Below are positions 1 through 9,279 of a stretch of DNA of 64,000 nucleotides, in pieces. Source of the stretch: an uncultured Rhodobacterales bacterium (lineage in GTDB: Bacteria; Pseudomonadota; Alphaproteobacteria; Rhodobacterales; Rhodobacteraceae). Every line of letters begins with the position of its first letter. Position 1 is the stretch's first letter. Where the stretch lies: contig CAZOIZ010000002.1 of NCBI GenBank assembly GCA_964580005.1, positions 5,308 to 69,307 of the forward strand. The letters are read 5' to 3'. Under the pieces are notes generated by a model, which ran no database searches, had not been told where the DNA came from, and saw nothing but the letters and a program-made list of their open reading frames with translations. Position numbers and translations under genes: made by a program.

Positions 1-463
1 CAGAAGACTTTGTGAGATGTACACCACGGAAGTCCGGTTTATTCGGCTTACCGCCTGTTGCTAAAAGAATATGTTTTGCTTTTATAACTTTCTTATTATC
101 CAGCTCAATCTCGTTAAGTCCTATCAATTTTGCAAAATTTTTATGAATTTCGACACCAGAATTTTTCAGATTTTTTTTATATGCTGCCTCTAACCTATCT
201 ACCTCTTTATCTCTAGCTGCCACCATCTGCTGCCAATTAAAATGCTGGTCTTTAATAGTCCACCCATAACCTTCGCTATCGCTAAAATATTGGCTGAATT
301 CTGCGGCATAAACCATTAGCTTTTTGGGAACACATCCTCTTATTACGCAGGTACCACCTACACGAGAGGACTCAGCAATACCAACACTTAAGCCCTGAGC
401 GGCAGCTAGCCTTGCTGAACGTACTCCTCCTGATCCTGCTCCTATAACAAATAAGTCATACAC
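1..463 (-). CDS. gor: glutathione-disulfide reductase, N-terminal part (gene runs off the window start)
   Basis: Not in the ORF track (truncated). Hand translation of the minus strand from GTG at 463 gives VYDLFVIGAGSGGVRSARLAAAQGLSVGIAESSRVGGTCVIRGCVPKKLMVYAA. This shows a GxGxxG FAD fold plus the redox-active CVxxGCVPKK motif typical of Gor. GGAGG lies 5 nt upstream of the GTG. Confidence 0.8.
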   Translation of the reverse strand, partial: MYDLFVIGAGSGGVRSARLAAAQGLSVGIAESSRVGGTCVIRGCVPKKLMVYAAEFSQYFSDSEGYGWTIKDQHFNWQQMVAARDKEVDRLEAAYKKNLKNSGVEIHKNFAKLIGLNEIELDNKKVIKAKHILLATGGKPNKPDFRGVHLTKSS

Positions 464-472
464 TCTTGCCTC

Positions 473-1126
473 CTAAATTACCTTACAGCTTCCATCATCA
501 TCACCAATAATAATTTTAGAAGCCATATCTATAAATAAACCAACTTCAACAACTCCAACAAGTTGAAGCAACCCTAGAGATAACGCCTTTGCGTCTAGAA
601 TTTCATTTAGATGCAAATCAAGAATGTAATTGTGCTGATCAGTTACATATTTATTTGTTTCAGATCTTCTAAAAGTGACTTTAGGCATTTGATACCCTAA
701 AGAAACTAAAAGTCTCTCTACAGAGTCTTTTATCCTTTCAGAACCAAATTGAACTACTTCAATTGGAAGGGGAAACTTTCCTAAATTGGAAACAATTTTT
801 GAAGAGTCAACTATTATGATCAATTGCTTGGAATAACTTGCTACAATTTTTTCCATCAAAAGTGCACCACCTCCCCCTTTTATTAAATTATTTTCCGGAT
901 CAACTTCATCCGCTCCATCAATAACAACGTCAAGTTCATCCACTTGATCCAGATCTACAATATTTATGCCAAGACTTGTAGCAAGACTAGTTGTTTCCTT
1001 AGAAGTGGATACTGCTGTTATTGTTTGGCCATTTAAAATAAAAGTTTCGTGTATTTTATGAATGAGGAAATTCACCGTTGATCCTGTACCTAGCCCAAAC
1101 ATTTTTTTTGGATCTATAAATTCCAT
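473..1126 (-). CDS. rpiA: ribose-5-phosphate isomerase A (coordinates use the first ATG; the true start is probably an upstream ATT at 1162, see findings)
   Basis: GLGTGST phosphate loop, DGADEVD and KGGGGALLMEK motifs of RpiA. Confidence 0.9.
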   Translation of the reverse strand: MEFIDPKKMFGLGTGSTVNFLIHKIHETFILNGQTITAVSTSKETTSLATSLGINIVDLDQVDELDVVIDGADEVDPENNLIKGGGGALLMEKIVASYSKQLIIIVDSSKIVSNLGKFPLPIEVVQFGSERIKDSVERLLVSLGYQMPKVTFRRSETNKYVTDQHNYILDLHLNEILDAKALSLGLLQLVGVVEVGLFIDMASKIIIGDDDGSCKVI

Positions 1127-1190
1127 CGATTTTGTAGCCGCAATTTTTTTTCCAGAAATAATTTTATTTCTCCACCTTTACAGGCTAACC

Positions 1191-1853
1191 CTACATCGAA
1201 TTATAAAAAATATCTAGATACCGACTGGAAAATATGCCAAGCATACCTGATCCATCGTAGGATAATCTTATATTTTCACTGGTAGATATATTGGAAGTCC
1301 CTATTGTACCTATGGGAGAGAAAACAATATCTTCAACAGGATATTTCAATCCTACTGCTTCAAACGTTTTTATTTCTTTAAAAGGAAATAAAGAAACTCG
1401 AGACTCAACAGGAAGTTTAATACAAAGTTCATTTGGCAGGTGAAAAATAATATCTCTTTCCCCAACCAAAAAAATCAGCCGTTTATGTTTTACCAGCGAG
1501 GAACAAACAGCTAGAAAATGGTCTAGTCTTTGATCCATAAAGCCTAAAGCAATAATTTTTTTTGACTTAATAACTGATATACATTTGTCGAAATCAGTCG
1601 AGTCTTGGTCTCTAAATTTAATCAATTTACTTCCCTTTTGAACCCACTTTTCTGGTAATTCTATAGAATCTAAATCCCCTATTATATATTTCGGCACCGC
1701 TTGCGTTGGAAGAAAATTTGCTCCACCATCAGCTGCAACCAGATCCTCGGTAAGAGCTAGGCTTCTTGAAAGAAGAGTTTTAGAAAACCCAGCTCCTCCA
1801 ACAAGAGTAACGTTATCTCTTAATTCAAGTTGTTCTATTGTTTTCTTGGGCAT
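1191..1853 (-). CDS. thiamine pyrophosphokinase
   Basis: 220 aa with ADGGANFL and IIGDLDS motifs of the TPK catalytic domain; the C-terminal half has the length expected of the thiamine-binding domain. Confidence 0.7.
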   Translation of the reverse strand: MPKKTIEQLELRDNVTLVGGAGFSKTLLSRSLALTEDLVAADGGANFLPTQAVPKYIIGDLDSIELPEKWVQKGSKLIKFRDQDSTDFDKCISVIKSKKIIALGFMDQRLDHFLAVCSSLVKHKRLIFLVGERDIIFHLPNELCIKLPVESRVSLFPFKEIKTFEAVGLKYPVEDIVFSPIGTIGTSNISTSENIRLSYDGSGMLGIFSSRYLDIFYNSM

Positions 1854-1886
1854 AGCAAAGGTACTTAGCTTTCACATTTTCTGAAC

Positions 1887-2099
1887 TTATTTTTTTTTGT
1901 TTGGTTGTCCTATTCCTTTAAATAAAGCTTTGAACGGCCAAGCCCAAAACACTCCTGTTACAACATATACTAAAAGCTCTACTAGAAAGTTTGGTCTTTC
2001 GAATAAAGTGAGGACATTTAACACCAATACTATGTACAAAGGCAACCAAAGCAATAAAACTAAAAGTGCAAATAACCTTTTTAATCTATATGAAAACAT
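1887..2099 (-). CDS. small two-TM membrane protein (resembles the alphaproteobacterial DUF2842 family, from memory)
   Basis: 70 aa with two hydrophobic helices (LLVLLLWLPLYIVLVLNVL; LLVYVVTGVFWAWPF) and a basic tail. It fills the gap between purA and the TPK gene. Confidence 0.55.
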   Translation of the reverse strand: MFSYRLKRLFALLVLLLWLPLYIVLVLNVLTLFERPNFLVELLVYVVTGVFWAWPFKALFKGIGQPNKKK

Positions 2100-2111
2100 C
2101 TTTATGCCCTT

Positions 2112-3404
2112 TTATACTGTAAATGGATTGTTGATCAAAATCGTTTGGTTTCTTTCTGGCCCAGTTGAGATAATTGAAACCCTACATTCAGTGAGCTCTT
2201 CTATCCTCTGTATATACTCTCTTGCCTTTGTCGGCATCTGGTCAATTTTTTCCAATCCAACCGTACTGGTATTCCAGCCATCGATTTCCTCGTATATTGG
2301 CGAAAGTTTATTGGCAAGGGAAGTAGAAACAGGAAAATCTAAATGTTCTTCTTTCTCAAATCTGTATCCTATACAAATCTTTATTTTTTCGAGCTTATCT
2401 AGAACGTCGATTTTTGTAAGAGCAAGACTGGTAACACCATTAAGCACACAGCTTCTTCTAACCAGAGGCGCATCAAACCAACCACATCTTCTCGCTCGAC
2501 CTGTGACTGTTCCCTTCTCGTTTCCCTCAACTGCCAAGTGCTGCCCGAGACTATCAAACAACTCAGTGGGCATTGGTCCCTCTCCTACCCGAGTGGTATA
2601 TGCTTTGGTAATTCCTAATACAGAGTTAATTTTATTATGAGCAACTCCACTACCAAGAGCTGCTGCTGCTGCAATTGTTGAAGATGACGTTACAAATGGG
2701 TAAGTTCCAAAATCTACGTCAAGCATGGACCCTTGCGCTCCCTCGAACAAAATGTTTTTATTTTTTGTAATTTCTTCATTCAGAAATTTCCAAACCGGTT
2801 TTATGAATTTATTAATTTTCTCACCGACGATCATTAGTTCATTAAATAGCTTTTCTTCATCTATATCGCTAGCATCCAGGCCTGCCCTTAAAATATCATG
2901 GTGGGCTTTTATAATATTTATTTTTCTTTTTACTTCATTTGGGTCTTTCAGATCACCAGTCCTTAACGCCCTTCTTCCAACTTTATCTTCATAAGCTGGC
3001 CCAATTCCTCTCCCAGTTGTTCCAATTTTTTCCTTTCCCGCTTTCTGTTCGCGCAAAAGATCTAGATCTTTGTGAAAGGGAAGTATAAGTGGGGTGTTCT
3101 CAGAAATTATAAGTCTGTCACTATTAACCTTTATTCCCCTCGAATTTAATTGTTTAATCTCTTCCAGTAATTTCCACGGATCTAACACTACTCCATTTCC
3201 GATTACAGCAATCTTATTTTTTCTTATGATTCCTGAGGGTAAAAGTGAAAGCTTGAATACTTGATCACCAATAACCAGCGTATGGCCAGCGTTATGACCT
3301 CCTTGAAATCTAACTATGGTATCTGCTTCTGAGGAAAGCAAATCTACGATTTTTCCCTTTCCTTCATCTCCCCACTGTGTGCCTATTATAATTAAATTAC
3401 TCAT
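2112..3404 (-). CDS. purA: adenylosuccinate synthetase
   Basis: GTQWGDEGKGK P-loop, GGHNAGHT and GTTGRGIGPAYEDK; 430 aa. Confidence 0.95.
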   Translation of the reverse strand: MSNLIIIGTQWGDEGKGKIVDLLSSEADTIVRFQGGHNAGHTLVIGDQVFKLSLLPSGIIRKNKIAVIGNGVVLDPWKLLEEIKQLNSRGIKVNSDRLIISENTPLILPFHKDLDLLREQKAGKEKIGTTGRGIGPAYEDKVGRRALRTGDLKDPNEVKRKINIIKAHHDILRAGLDASDIDEEKLFNELMIVGEKINKFIKPVWKFLNEEITKNKNILFEGAQGSMLDVDFGTYPFVTSSSTIAAAAALGSGVAHNKINSVLGITKAYTTRVGEGPMPTELFDSLGQHLAVEGNEKGTVTGRARRCGWFDAPLVRRSCVLNGVTSLALTKIDVLDKLEKIKICIGYRFEKEEHLDFPVSTSLANKLSPIYEEIDGWNTSTVGLEKIDQMPTKAREYIQRIEELTECRVSIISTGPERNQTILINNPFTV

Positions 3405-3416
3405 TTCTTGACCTAA

Positions 3417-5021
3417 TCAGATTTCGAAACTCAAAGTTTTTGCCTCTTTTACACCTTTAAGACTCTTTATTTCGTTCAAATGCTTTGCATCGATTTTCTC
3501 ATCAATCCCTATTAAGGCAAGTGCTAAGCCAGCCTTTTCTTGTCGACCTAGAGAAAAAGTTGCTATGTTTACATTCATCTTGCCTAATGTTGTTCCTAGT
3601 AATCCAATGAACCCCGGGGTATCGATATTTGAAGTATAAAGCATAAATTTCTGTGGCATTGTATCCATATCAATTCCATTTATTTGAATAAATCTAGGTT
3701 GCCCGTCAGAATAAACAGTCCCTGCTGCAGATCTAATACCTCTTTCCGTCTTCACCAGAATTCTAATATACGACCCGAAGGCCCCCTGCGAGTCTTTTTT
3801 GATCTCACTAATTATAATACCTCGTTCACGAGCAAATATTAAAGATGATACAAGATTCACAGATCCAAAACCAACAATAGGGTTGAGTATTGAAGCGACG
3901 AGTGAGCAAGTCAATGGGCGCGTATTCAGTTCGCTAACTGAGCCAACATATTCAATGTTTATCTCCTTCAGGCCTGTTTCAATAACCTGCCCCACAAAGC
4001 CACCTAATATATTGGAGACTTTTACCCAAGGTTTAAGTAATGGTGCTTCAGCAGCAGATATAGAGGGTGAGTTGATAGAATTTGTAATAGCTCCCTCTTG
4101 CAAAAAGTTTGCTATCTGTTCTGCGACTTGCACGGCAACTTTTTCCTGGGCTTCTGAAGTAGAAGCACCAAGATGTGGCGTGCAAACAACATTCTCTAGA
4201 CCAAACAAAGCATTGTCCACTGCTGGCTCTGAGCCAAACACATCAAAAGCAGCAGCGGCAATTAATTTTTCTTTTAAAGCATTCGCAAGTGCAGCTTCGT
4301 CAACAAGGCCCCCTCTTGCACAATTAACTAGTATAGCGGAACTTTTCATTTTTTTTATCAAAGAACTATTTATGATGTTAGTAGTCTTATCTGTCTTTGG
4401 TATATGCAACGAAATTATATCGCTTTCACTCATTAACTTTCCCAGCGTCCTTACTCTTTCTATACCAAGACGTCGCACTCTCTCATCTGTGAGAAAAGGG
4501 TCGTACGCCTTAACTTTCAGTTTAAGCCCCAAAGCACGATCTGCAACGATAGAACCTATATTTCCAACGCCGATTAATCCCAACGTTTTTCCTGTTAATT
4601 CTTGTCCCATAAACTTTGATTTTTCCCACTTTCCTAGTTGAGTGGAATGGTCAGCTGCAGGAATTTGTCTAGAAGCAGCGAAAATCATAGCTAGAGTATG
4701 TTCTGCAGTAGTTATTGCATTGCCATGCGGCGTATTCATAACCACAATGCCTTTGGAGGATGCTGCTCTAAGATCAATATTATCTACGCCTATACCAGCC
4801 CTACCAATAACCTGCAAATTTTTTCCTCTGTTAATAACCTCTTTAGAAACTTTACTAGCAGATCTGATTATCAGTCCTGAATAAGGTTCAATATTTTTTA
4901 TAAGATTATCACTTGTTCCACAGTCTGGTTTATAATCAAAGTCGATATTATTTTCTTGAAGAGTTTCTAATGCTTTCTGTGAAATCTTATCAGACACTAA
5001 TACTCTATGTTTTTTGGCCAT
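3417..5021 (-). CDS. serA: D-3-phosphoglycerate dehydrogenase (long form with C-terminal regulatory domains)
   Basis: NAD fold GLIGVGNIGS and VNCARGGLVDE. I moved the start to ATG 5021 (MAKKHRVLVSDK) because the longest ORF (to 5075) would run over the serC stop at 5033. Confidence 0.9.
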   Translation of the reverse strand: MAKKHRVLVSDKISQKALETLQENNIDFDYKPDCGTSDNLIKNIEPYSGLIIRSASKVSKEVINRGKNLQVIGRAGIGVDNIDLRAASSKGIVVMNTPHGNAITTAEHTLAMIFAASRQIPAADHSTQLGKWEKSKFMGQELTGKTLGLIGVGNIGSIVADRALGLKLKVKAYDPFLTDERVRRLGIERVRTLGKLMSESDIISLHIPKTDKTTNIINSSLIKKMKSSAILVNCARGGLVDEAALANALKEKLIAAAAFDVFGSEPAVDNALFGLENVVCTPHLGASTSEAQEKVAVQVAEQIANFLQEGAITNSINSPSISAAEAPLLKPWVKVSNILGGFVGQVIETGLKEINIEYVGSVSELNTRPLTCSLVASILNPIVGFGSVNLVSSLIFARERGIIISEIKKDSQGAFGSYIRILVKTERGIRSAAGTVYSDGQPRFIQINGIDMDTMPQKFMLYTSNIDTPGFIGLLGTTLGKMNVNIATFSLGRQEKAGLALALIGIDEKIDAKHLNEIKSLKGVKEAKTLSFEI

Positions 5022-5032
5022 TGTAAATTGCC

Positions 5033-6193
5033 CTAAAAACTTGATACAGTTTCTTGGAAACACCATTCCAACCAAGGGAGTAATTTTTGGATATCATCTA
5101 GATTAATTGTTGCACCACACCATATTCTTAAACCGGGCGGAGCATTTCTGTGGCCTTTTATATCAAATGCAGCTTTTTCATCCTCTAAAAGCCCTACAAA
5201 TTCCTTTACAAAGCAATTTTTTTCGTCTTGGTTTAGTGCAGCAAACCTTTTGTCTGAAAACTTTAAGCATACTGAAGTATTTGAACGGTTACTTGGATCA
5301 ATTACTAAATTTTCTATCCAAGGCGTTTTATCTACCCACCCTTGCAAGCACTCAAAGTTGTTATCACTTCTTCGGATTGTTTCAGTTAATCCACCTATCT
5401 CCTTTATCCACATTAAGCTATCTAAAGCATCCGCAACACAAAACATAGATGGTGTGTTAAGCGTTTCCCCCTCATAAACTCCTTGTATCAACTTACCATT
5501 TTTGACTAGACGAAATATCTTGGGCAAGGGCCGCTCTGGATAATACGTTGAAAGCCGTTTGACTGCCTTGGGGCTTAAGACAATAACTCCATGGCCACCT
5601 TCACCACCAAGGACCTTTTGCCAAGAAAAAGATACTGCATCAAGTTTTTCCCAATCTAATTCCTGAGAAAAAACGGCGGAAGTTGCATCACAAAGCACTA
5701 ATCTTTCATCATTACTTTCGATCCAATTTGCATTTGGGACTCGTGCTCCAGAGGTAGTACCATTCCATGTAAAACAAATATCCGAGCTCTTTGAAACTTC
5801 ATTAAGTTTAGGTAAATATCCGTAGTCGGCTTGGACCACTTTACATTGCTCCAATTTTAATTGATCAACGGCATCTTCTGCCCAGTCTTTACCAAATGAC
5901 TCCCAGACTAGCATAGTAGTCTCGTTTTTTCCCAGAAGTGACCACATTAAGAGCTCGAATGCGCCTGTATCAGAGCCTGGCACTATCGCCACTTTATAGC
6001 CTTCAGGCAACTCTAGTAATTCATTTATTAAATTGATCAACGTTTTGATTTGTTGGAGCGGTTTTTTTGCCCTATGAGATCTTCCAAGATAGGCTATTTT
6101 TTCTACTGCATATGCATTCCATCCTGGTCTCTTTGGACATGGACCTGAAGAGAAGAAGGGCCTGGAAGGCTTTAGCAATGGCTTCATATTCAT
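5033..6193 (-). CDS. serC: phosphoserine aminotransferase (class-V aminotransferase type)
   Basis: 386 aa with SFSWQKVLGG (candidate PLP-lysine segment), placed immediately upstream of serA. Confidence 0.8.
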   Translation of the reverse strand: MNMKPLLKPSRPFFSSGPCPKRPGWNAYAVEKIAYLGRSHRAKKPLQQIKTLINLINELLELPEGYKVAIVPGSDTGAFELLMWSLLGKNETTMLVWESFGKDWAEDAVDQLKLEQCKVVQADYGYLPKLNEVSKSSDICFTWNGTTSGARVPNANWIESNDERLVLCDATSAVFSQELDWEKLDAVSFSWQKVLGGEGGHGVIVLSPKAVKRLSTYYPERPLPKIFRLVKNGKLIQGVYEGETLNTPSMFCVADALDSLMWIKEIGGLTETIRRSDNNFECLQGWVDKTPWIENLVIDPSNRSNTSVCLKFSDKRFAALNQDEKNCFVKEFVGLLEDEKAAFDIKGHRNAPPGLRIWCGATINLDDIQKLLPWLEWCFQETVSSF

Positions 6194-6241
6194 AACTATC
6201 TATTTTTAATTGACATTAAAAAATTTTATCTTTTAACATAT

Positions 6242-7582
6242 TTAACTTTTCTTTTTCAATATCGACAAGCAAGTGTCAATAGTTTCTTGCAACTTATTTT
6301 TTTCTCTATGCTCAACCATTAATCTGATCACATTTTCGGTACCAGACCTTCTAATAAGAATACGACCTTCATTATTTATTGAACTTTGTACATCATCTAA
6401 CCTATTTTTTATTTGCTCATTTTTTTGAAAATCATTGCATTTATCTGCTTCTATATTGATCAAAGATTGGGGAAACGGCTTGAATAAATTAAAAACCTCA
6501 CTTGCTTTTTTTTTGCTCTCCACCAAAACACTCAGTACTTGCAACGAGGTTATCAACCCATCACCTGCATTGGAATAATCTGACAGGATCAAATGTCCCG
6601 ACTGCTCTCCTCCCAAGTTCAACCCCTCCCTATTCATGCATTTGGAGACATTTTTGTCACCAACCTTCGTCCGAATTAACCTCACCCCGATTTTTGCTAA
6701 ATATAGCTCGAGGGCGAGATTAGACATTACTGTTGCTACGACGGTACTTTTTTTCAATAATTTCTTTTTCATCAAGGCTCTAGCTAAGAGTCCAATAACC
6801 TGATCTCCGTTAGCTAATTTTCCCTGCTCATCTATAAATAAAACTCTGTCAGCATCCCCGTCTAGACAAATTCCTATATCTGCGCAGTTCTCCAATACAG
6901 CTTTTTGTGCTTTTTCTGGTTTTGTAGAACCACACTCCTCGTTAATATTGAACCCATCTGGGGTCACCGCTATGGACACTACTTCGGCACCGAGTTCTCT
7001 CAAGATTTGTGGTAAAATTTTGTATGCGGCACCATTGGCGCAGTCTGCTACTATCTTTATTCCACTTAAGCTCAAACTGGTTGGGATAGTAATCTTTGCA
7101 AATTCTGTATAACGGCCAAGAACATCATTTATTCTTCTTGCTCTACCCAGACCATTTGGAGGCACTAATTTTGGTTTGGTTTTAATCTCTTTACTAATCT
7201 TCTCTTCGGTTTTTGCATCAATCTTCAAACCATCTTTATCAAAAAATTTTATTCCATTGTCTTCAAAGGGATTATGTGATGCTGAGATCATAATACCTAG
7301 ATCTGCTCTTAAGGATTTTGTTAAAAAACTTACCGCTGGAGTGGGCAAAGGTCCTAGTAAGTTTACCTCCCAGCCCATAGAAATGAAGCCAGCCGTTAGT
7401 GCGTTCTCGACCATATAGCCTGACCTTCTGGTATCTTTACCGATAAGAACTTTTGGAGATTTGATATTCTTTCCCATAACATGACCACATGACAAAGCAA
7501 CCTTCAATATCGTTTCGGCATCAATTGGATGAGTATTCGTTTTTCCTCTTATTCCATCAGTTCCAAATATATTTTCTACCAT
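6242..7582 (-). CDS. glmM: phosphoglucosamine mutase
   Basis: GTDGIRG, phosphoserine loop GIMISASHNP and metal loop CLDGDADR; 446 aa. Confidence 0.95.
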   Translation of the reverse strand: MVENIFGTDGIRGKTNTHPIDAETILKVALSCGHVMGKNIKSPKVLIGKDTRRSGYMVENALTAGFISMGWEVNLLGPLPTPAVSFLTKSLRADLGIMISASHNPFEDNGIKFFDKDGLKIDAKTEEKISKEIKTKPKLVPPNGLGRARRINDVLGRYTEFAKITIPTSLSLSGIKIVADCANGAAYKILPQILRELGAEVVSIAVTPDGFNINEECGSTKPEKAQKAVLENCADIGICLDGDADRVLFIDEQGKLANGDQVIGLLARALMKKKLLKKSTVVATVMSNLALELYLAKIGVRLIRTKVGDKNVSKCMNREGLNLGGEQSGHLILSDYSNAGDGLITSLQVLSVLVESKKKASEVFNLFKPFPQSLINIEADKCNDFQKNEQIKNRLDDVQSSINNEGRILIRRSGTENVIRLMVEHREKNKLQETIDTCLSILKKKS

Positions 7583-7597
7583 TTCAATGAACCTTTT

Positions 7598-8602
7598 TTA
7601 ATTTAAAGTCTTCCAAACTTTAATTGCATCAGCTGCCTCTTTTACGTCATGTACTCTAACAATATTGACACCCCTATTAAGCGTTGTTAGCATTGCTGAT
7701 ACCGAGCCTATTAGTCGTTCTGAAGGCTCCCTTTCGCTAATAATTTCACCAATAAAACTCTTTCGTGAAATACCTACCATAACTGGTAGTCCCAGTCCAA
7801 GAAACAAACTTATTTTGCTAATTATTTCCAAATTATGATGAAGCTTTTTTCCAAAGCCAATACCTGGATCTATAACTATTTTTTCTCTTGGTATACCTTT
7901 AGATTGGGCTTCTGCGATCTTCTCTTCAAAATAATCATATAGGTCAAGCAGTATTTCCTCATAATGGGGTTTTTTTTGCATATTTTCTGGAAGTCCTTGC
8001 GAGTGCATCAAACATATCCCAGCTTTATGCTTTGCTACAACTTCAAACATCTCTTTGTCAAATGATCCTGCCGAAATATCATTCACCATGGAAGCTCCTG
8101 CTTCCAATGCTTTTTCTGCAACCATAGATTTTCTTGTGTCGACAGAAATTACAGCCGAAGGGACAGAGTTTTTTATTTTCTTTATTACTCCAATTATTCT
8201 TTCTATTTCTACAGTAGATGAAACTTCTTTGGCTCCTGGTCTAGTTGACTCACCTCCTACATCTAAAACGGCGCACCCAATTTTTAGGAGATGTAGGCCT
8301 TTTTCAACAAACTGATTTTCTGTAAAAAACTTCTCTCCATCATAAAAACTATCAGGAGTAACATTCAAAATTCCCATAATAGCTGGCGCCTCAAAGCTTA
8401 AACCGAGCATGGAAATTGGTTTTAATGTGAATCTATTTAGAAACTCTTCCTTCACCTCAGAGGTCGAAATTAGTCTTGGTTTTTTGTTACGCTGGATAAC
8501 TCTGAATGAATTAAAGACTGTGGTACCACCGTAAATTGTGTGAAATTTTTCAAACCGGCTACGACTATAGTTTATCTCTGGAAAAAAATATTCCATATTC
8601 AA
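7598..8602 (-). CDS. folP: dihydropteroate synthase (about 70-aa N-terminal extension if the ATGA-coupled start at 8602 is used)
   Basis: MGILNVTPDSFYDG and DVGGESTRPG motifs. The start overlaps the upstream HAD gene stop by 4 nt. An internal ATG (MLGLSF...) is an alternative start. Confidence 0.85.
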   Translation of the reverse strand: MNMEYFFPEINYSRSRFEKFHTIYGGTTVFNSFRVIQRNKKPRLISTSEVKEEFLNRFTLKPISMLGLSFEAPAIMGILNVTPDSFYDGEKFFTENQFVEKGLHLLKIGCAVLDVGGESTRPGAKEVSSTVEIERIIGVIKKIKNSVPSAVISVDTRKSMVAEKALEAGASMVNDISAGSFDKEMFEVVAKHKAGICLMHSQGLPENMQKKPHYEEILLDLYDYFEEKIAEAQSKGIPREKIVIDPGIGFGKKLHHNLEIISKISLFLGLGLPVMVGISRKSFIGEIISEREPSERLIGSVSAMLTTLNRGVNIVRVHDVKEAADAIKVWKTLN

Positions 8603-9264
8603 ATCATATTTTTTTCATAGTAATCTTTTAATTCAATAAAACTATCGAAACAAAATTCAATTCCGTCTCTTTCGGCAGTTTTGGGCGAGTACCCCTTCTT
8701 GTGAAAAAAAAAGCTTGCACCAACAGCTTTTGCTAACAGTAAATCAACTTCAGTATCACCCACATAAAAATACGTTCCATCACCCAATCCCTTGACTGAG
8801 TGATAAAAAACTCTTGGATCAGGCTTTAGAGCTCCCGTGCTATCCCCATAAGCAAATCCATCAAAGTATTTATAAATGTTAAGTTGCGACAAAACTTTTT
8901 TAGCACTGTTTTCAAACTTCTGGGTGCAAACAGTCAATTTTACTCCATTACCTTTTAAGACTTCAATCAGTTCTACCACTCCTTTATAAATATAACATTC
9001 CTTAACAGGGTCTTCATAGTATCGATCTTGAAAAAACTCAAAATAAAAGTCTAATCCACGATCCGGGATACCCCCGGTAGAAATTAAGAGCTTCTCTACC
9101 TGCTTTTTTGTCCCTCCACCAATGAAGCCTTTATACCGTTCTAGCTCTATTGGGTGTCTTCCGATACTCCCCAAAACTTGGTTTCCGGCATTTAGTAATG
9201 CAGGTGCGGTATCAGCTAGAGTACCATCTAAATCAAAAACAAAGATTTTGTCTTTTCCTGCCAT
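8599..9264 (-). CDS. HAD-superfamily phosphatase (phosphoglycolate phosphatase-like)
   Basis: HAD motif I FVFDLDGTLADT and motif IV YVGDTEVD; 221 aa. Confidence 0.8.
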   Translation of the reverse strand: MAGKDKIFVFDLDGTLADTAPALLNAGNQVLGSIGRHPIELERYKGFIGGGTKKQVEKLLISTGGIPDRGLDFYFEFFQDRYYEDPVKECYIYKGVVELIEVLKGNGVKLTVCTQKFENSAKKVLSQLNIYKYFDGFAYGDSTGALKPDPRVFYHSVKGLGDGTYFYVGDTEVDLLLAKAVGASFFFHKKGYSPKTAERDGIEFCFDSFIELKDYYEKNMI

Positions 9265-9279
9265 TAAAGGAACCTAAAT

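Noticed and set aside
1897-2640. 247-aa plus-strand ORF
   Set aside because: Antisense to purA and the small membrane gene; no motifs and no SD. Shadow ORF.
3799-4641. 280-aa ORF on the plus strand, surprisingly long for AT-rich DNA
   Set aside because: It lies entirely antisense to serA, which has unambiguous motifs. The translation is low-complexity (S/A/P/F-rich). Stops in that antisense frame arise only from particular codon junctions involving Tyr/His/Gln in the sense gene, so it is a shadow ORF.
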